Assembly (NCBI GenBank): GCA_030704615.1
Contig: CM060732.1
Span: forward strand, 40,114,001 to 40,178,000
From: Takakia lepidozioides
Taxonomy: Eukaryota > Plantae > Bryophyta
Length of the DNA: 64,000 nucleotides
Direction of reading: 5' to 3'
The position numbers and the translations under genes are program-made. The notes under the pieces are model-generated. The model made no database searches. It worked only from the letters and a program-made list of their open reading frames with translations, and had not been told where the DNA came from. Of this stretch, positions 58,639-64,000 are shown piece after piece (position 1 is the stretch's first letter; each line of letters starts with the position of its first letter).

Positions 58639-61600
58639 CTATGCAGCTGGCAGTAACCGTCCCTCTCTCCGAAGCCTCCGTCGCCGTTCCCATGCCAGCT
58701 CCATTGGCCTCCCCGATTTTACTCCATCATCTGATGTACAACGCAAACCAACCTTGCAACTTAGTACATGCCTAGGGCAATGTCTATGTAAACATTCCAA
58801 TCATGGCAGGTGACATGCAGAACCTAAATCCCACCTGTAATTGAATGTACATCTGTTGCTAGCTGGTTTTTTGGTAGTCGAGGTACTTTACTTTGTATTG
58901 TTTAGAGCCATCTAGCGACAATGATCTTCATAACCTTAATGTAGGCAGAGACTAATACGGGGAGAAAACACTAGGCAATGATAGGTAGTAGCAGCAACAG
59001 AAAGGAGATTATTGGTTTTTCAAATGATTCACTGAATTACTCCAAGAACTTTCTGACTTTCCGAGGATGGCTCTGAAACATACCGGGAGAATACGCAGGT
59101 TTCCTTGCAGCAGCCAGGACTTCCTGTGCCAATGGCTTCCACTGTTCAGCTGCCGAGATTGGGGAGTTCATGCCCACGCTCAGTCCCCTCAGTATGTTTA
59201 TTGTTCGCATAATGAAGAACAAATCCCTCGGGAAATTCTGTCAAAAAAGACAAGGTTTGTTTTAGAAGGAAAACAAGTCCTGGACATCTCCTCAACTAGT
59301 AAGTGACCTCACAGTGTGCTCACTTCCAAATGATTCTCAGCAGGAAAAGTTTCCCCTTGCGAGGGGTGGAGACAAACGCAATTATAGACCCCTGTCAACA
59401 CTTGCTAAGATGTGACCCTCAAGGTCTAGCCATCTTAGGACCAGTTGTGGGGTGTTAACCACCTTGGTAATAAATTCAGCTCAATTGGCATAGGGCTCAT
59501 GCCAAGTCAATGAATCCTCTCACAGACACTGCATTCTCAGGGCTAACATCAACATCATAGAAGCAGAAAGAGAGGTACAGGTGGCAAGGAGAGTGGGCAG
59601 CAAACGTGCATTGAGCAGCAAAGGAAAAAGCTGCGGTTATGTTACTAGAGGATCTAAATCCACACACTCTCTTCCAAGAGAATTATAATTACAGGGATGA
59701 TGGAACCTCACCGGCACAGAGATTCTCTTCAGAATGGTATCATCTCCAAATGGCATGGCCTGAACCATTCCAGGGGGCAGCTTGGTATCAAACATCACCG
59801 TTGCCAGCTCCTTGAATCCTTTGAAGTCATTCTCACTTGTTTGACTAGTCTCGATGCCAAGTTCCCTGAGATACCCGACCATCATTCAAACATCAAACCT
59901 CTCAGGCTGGGACTAAGAAAAAACATATACAGTGGATAGATCATTATCTACTCAATTGTAGTACCATGGTCAAGCCCTTGGAAGGACAATATACCTTACA
60001 AGCTGCTTAACAAAAGATTGGGTTTGCTTGCATCATGACACTTGGCTCCCAAACCATGGAAAGAGTTAACAAGATTAAAAAGTGCAGGACCCAGTTGACT
60101 CTGCTTATGCCAAGGTAGCACTGGTACAACAGTTCTAGCAAGTAGCTTTTGTAGCTGTGAGTTACTAGCAGCGCCGTCTTCAGGCTTTCCTGCCCTGGGG
60201 GAACACAAGAGTATCATGAAATATATAATACAAGAGCACCACTACATTTGATAATAGAGTGCTCCTTATGTCAGAAATCATGCCTCACTAGAATATATCA
60301 GACAGAGGCATGTTAAGGCCTATCAAAGACGTTAAAGATAAAATAGAAAGAGCTTAAGAGCTTCACATGGACAAGGCAATTTTTGTGTTGCCACATTGGC
60401 GTCAATTAGTTGACAAACAGATTGCCCTGGTTTTTAGTCCACTGCTGCAGTTGAAGCACACAATTTTCTTGCTTCTTTTCTGAGGCAGAAATGACCAGGG
60501 TAAGCTGGGGTTACATCAAGCAATAAGTACAACATGTTTTGATATGCACTCAAGTGAAAGTTTTGATAGATTCAAAAGTGAGAAGCACACTTGAAACTTT
60601 GCACGAGCGCCGTATGGTTCTTGGAAGCCAGTGCTACCACAAGGCGTGCAAATCCCAGCCTCAACTCCTCTGGGAGTTCTTTCACCTGTCCGTAGTCCAG
60701 GAGTGCCACCTGCAGCAGAGCCCAAACTAATTTCACAATGAAAGAGAATCATATACTAGCATGCAGTGTCTGTCTTTTGTTGGCATGAAATTGATACTGA
60801 AATGAAGCAGAAACTGGAAAGCCAGAGTCAACTACATGCATGTCCAAACGTAGGTCCCACTACTGAAGCAAGCAATAAACATGGTACACTCCAGCTCTTT
60901 TCCCATCTAACTCTAGTCATTCTCACCAGTTTCAGCTGAGTGGATAAGAGATACCTTGCCCCCCTTCTTTATGAGTATATTTCCTGGATGTGGGTCCGCC
61001 TGGAAGAAGCCATCCCTCAAAATCATCTGCCCATATGCTGACACCAAATCCCTCAAAATATTCCTGCACCAAGTTCACATAAATATAGGGTTAACAAATC
61101 AGACAGACAAATCAGACAAGAACAAGAAAATAGGGTTAACAAATCAGACGAAGATGACTTCCACACACCATCTAACAAGGAGATACTAAAGAACTTCCTG
61201 CACTTCCTTTCATACAGTAGAAAAACTTACCATATTTATGTTGTTGCTGTCCAATCAAGTTCGCACAGAAAGACAACACAGGGAGTAATATTTGTGTAAT
61301 GCAGTGCTTTTGAGGCCTAGTTGCTGCGATATATTAGTCATGGGACTTCTACCCAGCAGGGTATGGGAACTCCTGAGTCAACTCCCTGAAAGTTGGATTG
61401 TAATTACTTTTGTACAGATTCTATCTGCTGAGTTCAAGGCCGAGACTGACGGAAAATACGATGTCGAGTCCAGCACCGGTACCTCAGCCACCTACCTTAC
61501 ACAGGTGGACACTTGTGCAGTGTTTTCAAAAAGTGAGTTGCTGACCTTTTAGCCAGTCTGGCAACTGCACCATCAGGGTTGACTCCACGCTTGGCCATCT

Positions 61601-63810
61601 CTTCACCCAACTTGATAATGGGGGTGCCCTCTATGAAGTCCATTACCAAAACCTTCCTGCATTCCTACATATGTTTCAGTTAAAAACCCTCAGATTTTCT
61701 CACCAGGAAAGAGAAGCAGGATTCTATTCCTTCCGAAATTTCAAAACATACTGGACGACTACAGAAATATGAATGTAGAGTGCCTGATCAACAGACCAGA
61801 AGCATTTTGGACATACTTGGTAACCATGCCGGGCACAGGTCGAGGGATGGAAACAGGAGGTTTCCCGTGATTAGCTGCAGTCAATGACTCTGCAATTCTG
61901 TCCATTGAACATGCTTCCCTTATGAAATCAAACTCAAACTCTACCTGCATTCACAGGAGAAAAGATATGATAACTCACTTGTGACCTTTTCACATAAGAA
62001 ACTGTACAACGTCCACGGAGGGCAGGGCACATGGGAAAAGGAAGAAAAACCAGAGACAGAGAAAGAGATTATACTTTACATCCAATAGCCTGTAGGTATG
62101 GACTGTGCGAGTTGTTTGACAGGCAGAGGGAGAGATCGTGAGTATGAGAGAGCCCCATCCTGTGAAGCTTGGCTAAAACGAACTAATGAGGGCATAGTCC
62201 ATGCGGGATCTCAACCCTTCCAAATATTGGGTTTGGAGAGTAGAAATGCGGGTCACTGCAGTTGCCGAAGGCTCTAGAAGTGGAACTCATGTAAACATAT
62301 GAAGTTGATTCTGTTTTTCCAGATTCCTCTGTAAAGCTCTCACTCCAGGATCAGTTTATGACTATTCTCATGAAGAAAGAGAGAGAGAGAGACTATACAA
62401 CATCCTCCTAGTCACTAATCCAAGATACAAACAGAGGATATGACAACTGTGCTAGTGCTTTGAGCAGCGGACCTGGTGTTCTAATTCCTCAAGAACGGAG
62501 AGCAGATCAAAAGGGACATCAAAACGCTGCAAGAACCCTGCAAAGGCCTTTTGGTTGCGGATGTCGGTCATCATTATCTCATGTGCTCCCGGGTGCTGCA
62601 CCTGCTCCCCCATATCCATACCAACATTATCCACCCTCAAACAAGGATCAAATCTCAACACCCATTTTCCATTCTCTTGTCAATGGATTTGGTCTGCATC
62701 TATTGTAGGTAACCTCTCCAAGCTTCCTGTGAACATTATAAAGCACCATTTCATTTCTCTTTGTTTCTTATCAACCTCGAGAGCCAAAAACACACGTCTG
62801 GCTTTTGGGATAGTTCACCCTCAGCAGTGAAGAGCATCATTGCAGCCTGCTCTTATATTCATCAAGGTACAAACTACTCCTGCTTCTTTGCTTGCAGGCA
62901 TCCTGGCATGGCTAGCTGTTAGTGATACAATCAGATCAAAGGGACTGGTTAAACACCAGAAGAAACTAGGGAGGATACCTTGACAGCAACATCACTTGTG
63001 GTTCCCTTCAGTCTCGCCCGGTGCACCTGCTCCAGCAATCCATAATTCCCACAATCAGGACGCAAGGTTCAATCTAAAAACAAGAGGGAACCTATGTTTA
63101 CATATTGTGATATTAAATGAACCTGACAAACAATATCACAACACCAGCGCATAATGCATGGGATAGACATAACTTCACAGCTAGAAACAAATGCACCCCA
63201 TTAGCAACGCTTTCCAAAGATGGTTAACGGAGAACCAAGAACTTTAGGAAGAACCCCAGCCGAACCTGAGCAACAGATGCACAGCCAAGGGGCTTCTTGT
63301 CAAATTGCTCAAAAACAACATCCATTGACCTTCCTAGCTCATCTTCCACAACCCCTTGCACAGTCACATAGGATGTTTCTGGGGCCCCATCACACAATAC
63401 CACCAGCTTCTTCACCCAAGCCATTGGTGACAAATCAGGCTTTGCCAGCACCTGTGCTGTCTGTTAAACATCCATCACAAACTTTCAAGTAAGTGAAGAG
63501 GGAGTGAGAGAGTTGCACTCATCGAGAGTTCCTTGTGAATGTTGGTGAACCTTGCGCCACTTGACATGCTTTGCTAAGCAGTGAATGCTCAACTCTGTAG
63601 CCCCAAAAACAGAAGAAAGAAAGAAAGAAGCAACAGAATGTCTCGACAACATATATGATGTCAGATTTGTGATAACTTCACCTTCAAAAAGAAGCCCCCA
63701 AGTTGAGAACACATAGAGTAGATCTTCTCAGCTGCCCTCTCATGTTGTTCTTCCCACATTTGGTCTCTTTCTGCCTGATCCTTGAGAAAATGTGAGCGCA
63801 CCTGGGTCAC
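58639..63810 (-). CDS. ABC1/UbiB (ADCK) atypical kinase, At5g50330-like; 5' end lies beyond the window
   Basis: Exons encode LGGFFLK, KPDL.P.AWV, PLGCASVAQ|VHRARL, VAVK|VQHPG, EFDFIREA, LVMDFIEG, FFQADPHPGNIL, LLDYGQVKEL, MFDTKLPPG and LRGLSVG, with GT-AG introns; probable stop at 58639-58641. Confidence 0.92.
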
Positions 63811-64000
63811 CTGTAAAACTTAACCTGTAAAGTCACAAACCTGAAGGACCTTCGAGAATGATTAAAGTGTTTTTCAGCCCAATCTCCTCATGTGTTGACA
63901 AGAAGGTCATATATCTCCATGTGAAAAATTTTGTCATGTCTATGTAATGCAGAGTGTAGGTTTGGTTGGACACACATATTCTTCTGCAGCATCCAGTGCC

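Overview
Eukaryotic, intron-containing land-plant DNA, probably from a seed-free plant. A hornwort or other bryophyte is plausible but cannot be proven from the sequence. Most of the window (about 1-54 kb) is nested transposon and pseudogene debris. Two apparently intact host genes lie at the right end: a UBC19/20 (UBE2C-type) E2 enzyme (+) and an ABC1/UbiB atypical kinase (-). Three observations stand out. (1) A Mutator-like DNA-transposon family carries a multi-exon gene fusing a ParB/Srx-like DGNHR domain to a beta-class (N4-C/N6-A) DNA methyltransferase fold. It is present as two diverged, damaged copies, next to GCM-like and SWIM transposase fragments. (2) One copy is rearranged into a ~7-kb foldback element with ~2.5-kb near-perfect arms and 128-bp inverted termini, resembling a Mu-killer-type hairpin locus. 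(3) A Ty3/gypsy retrotransposon has a C5 cytosine methyltransferase between protease and RT and a PHD finger after integrase. Also present are three broken ATL-type RING-H2 paralogues, an inverted pseudocopy of the UBC gene, two candidate Pack-type captures, and fragments of hAT, pogo, LINE, PPR, P4-ATPase and DUF4091 sequences. All domain calls come from motif recognition by eye; no database searches were run.
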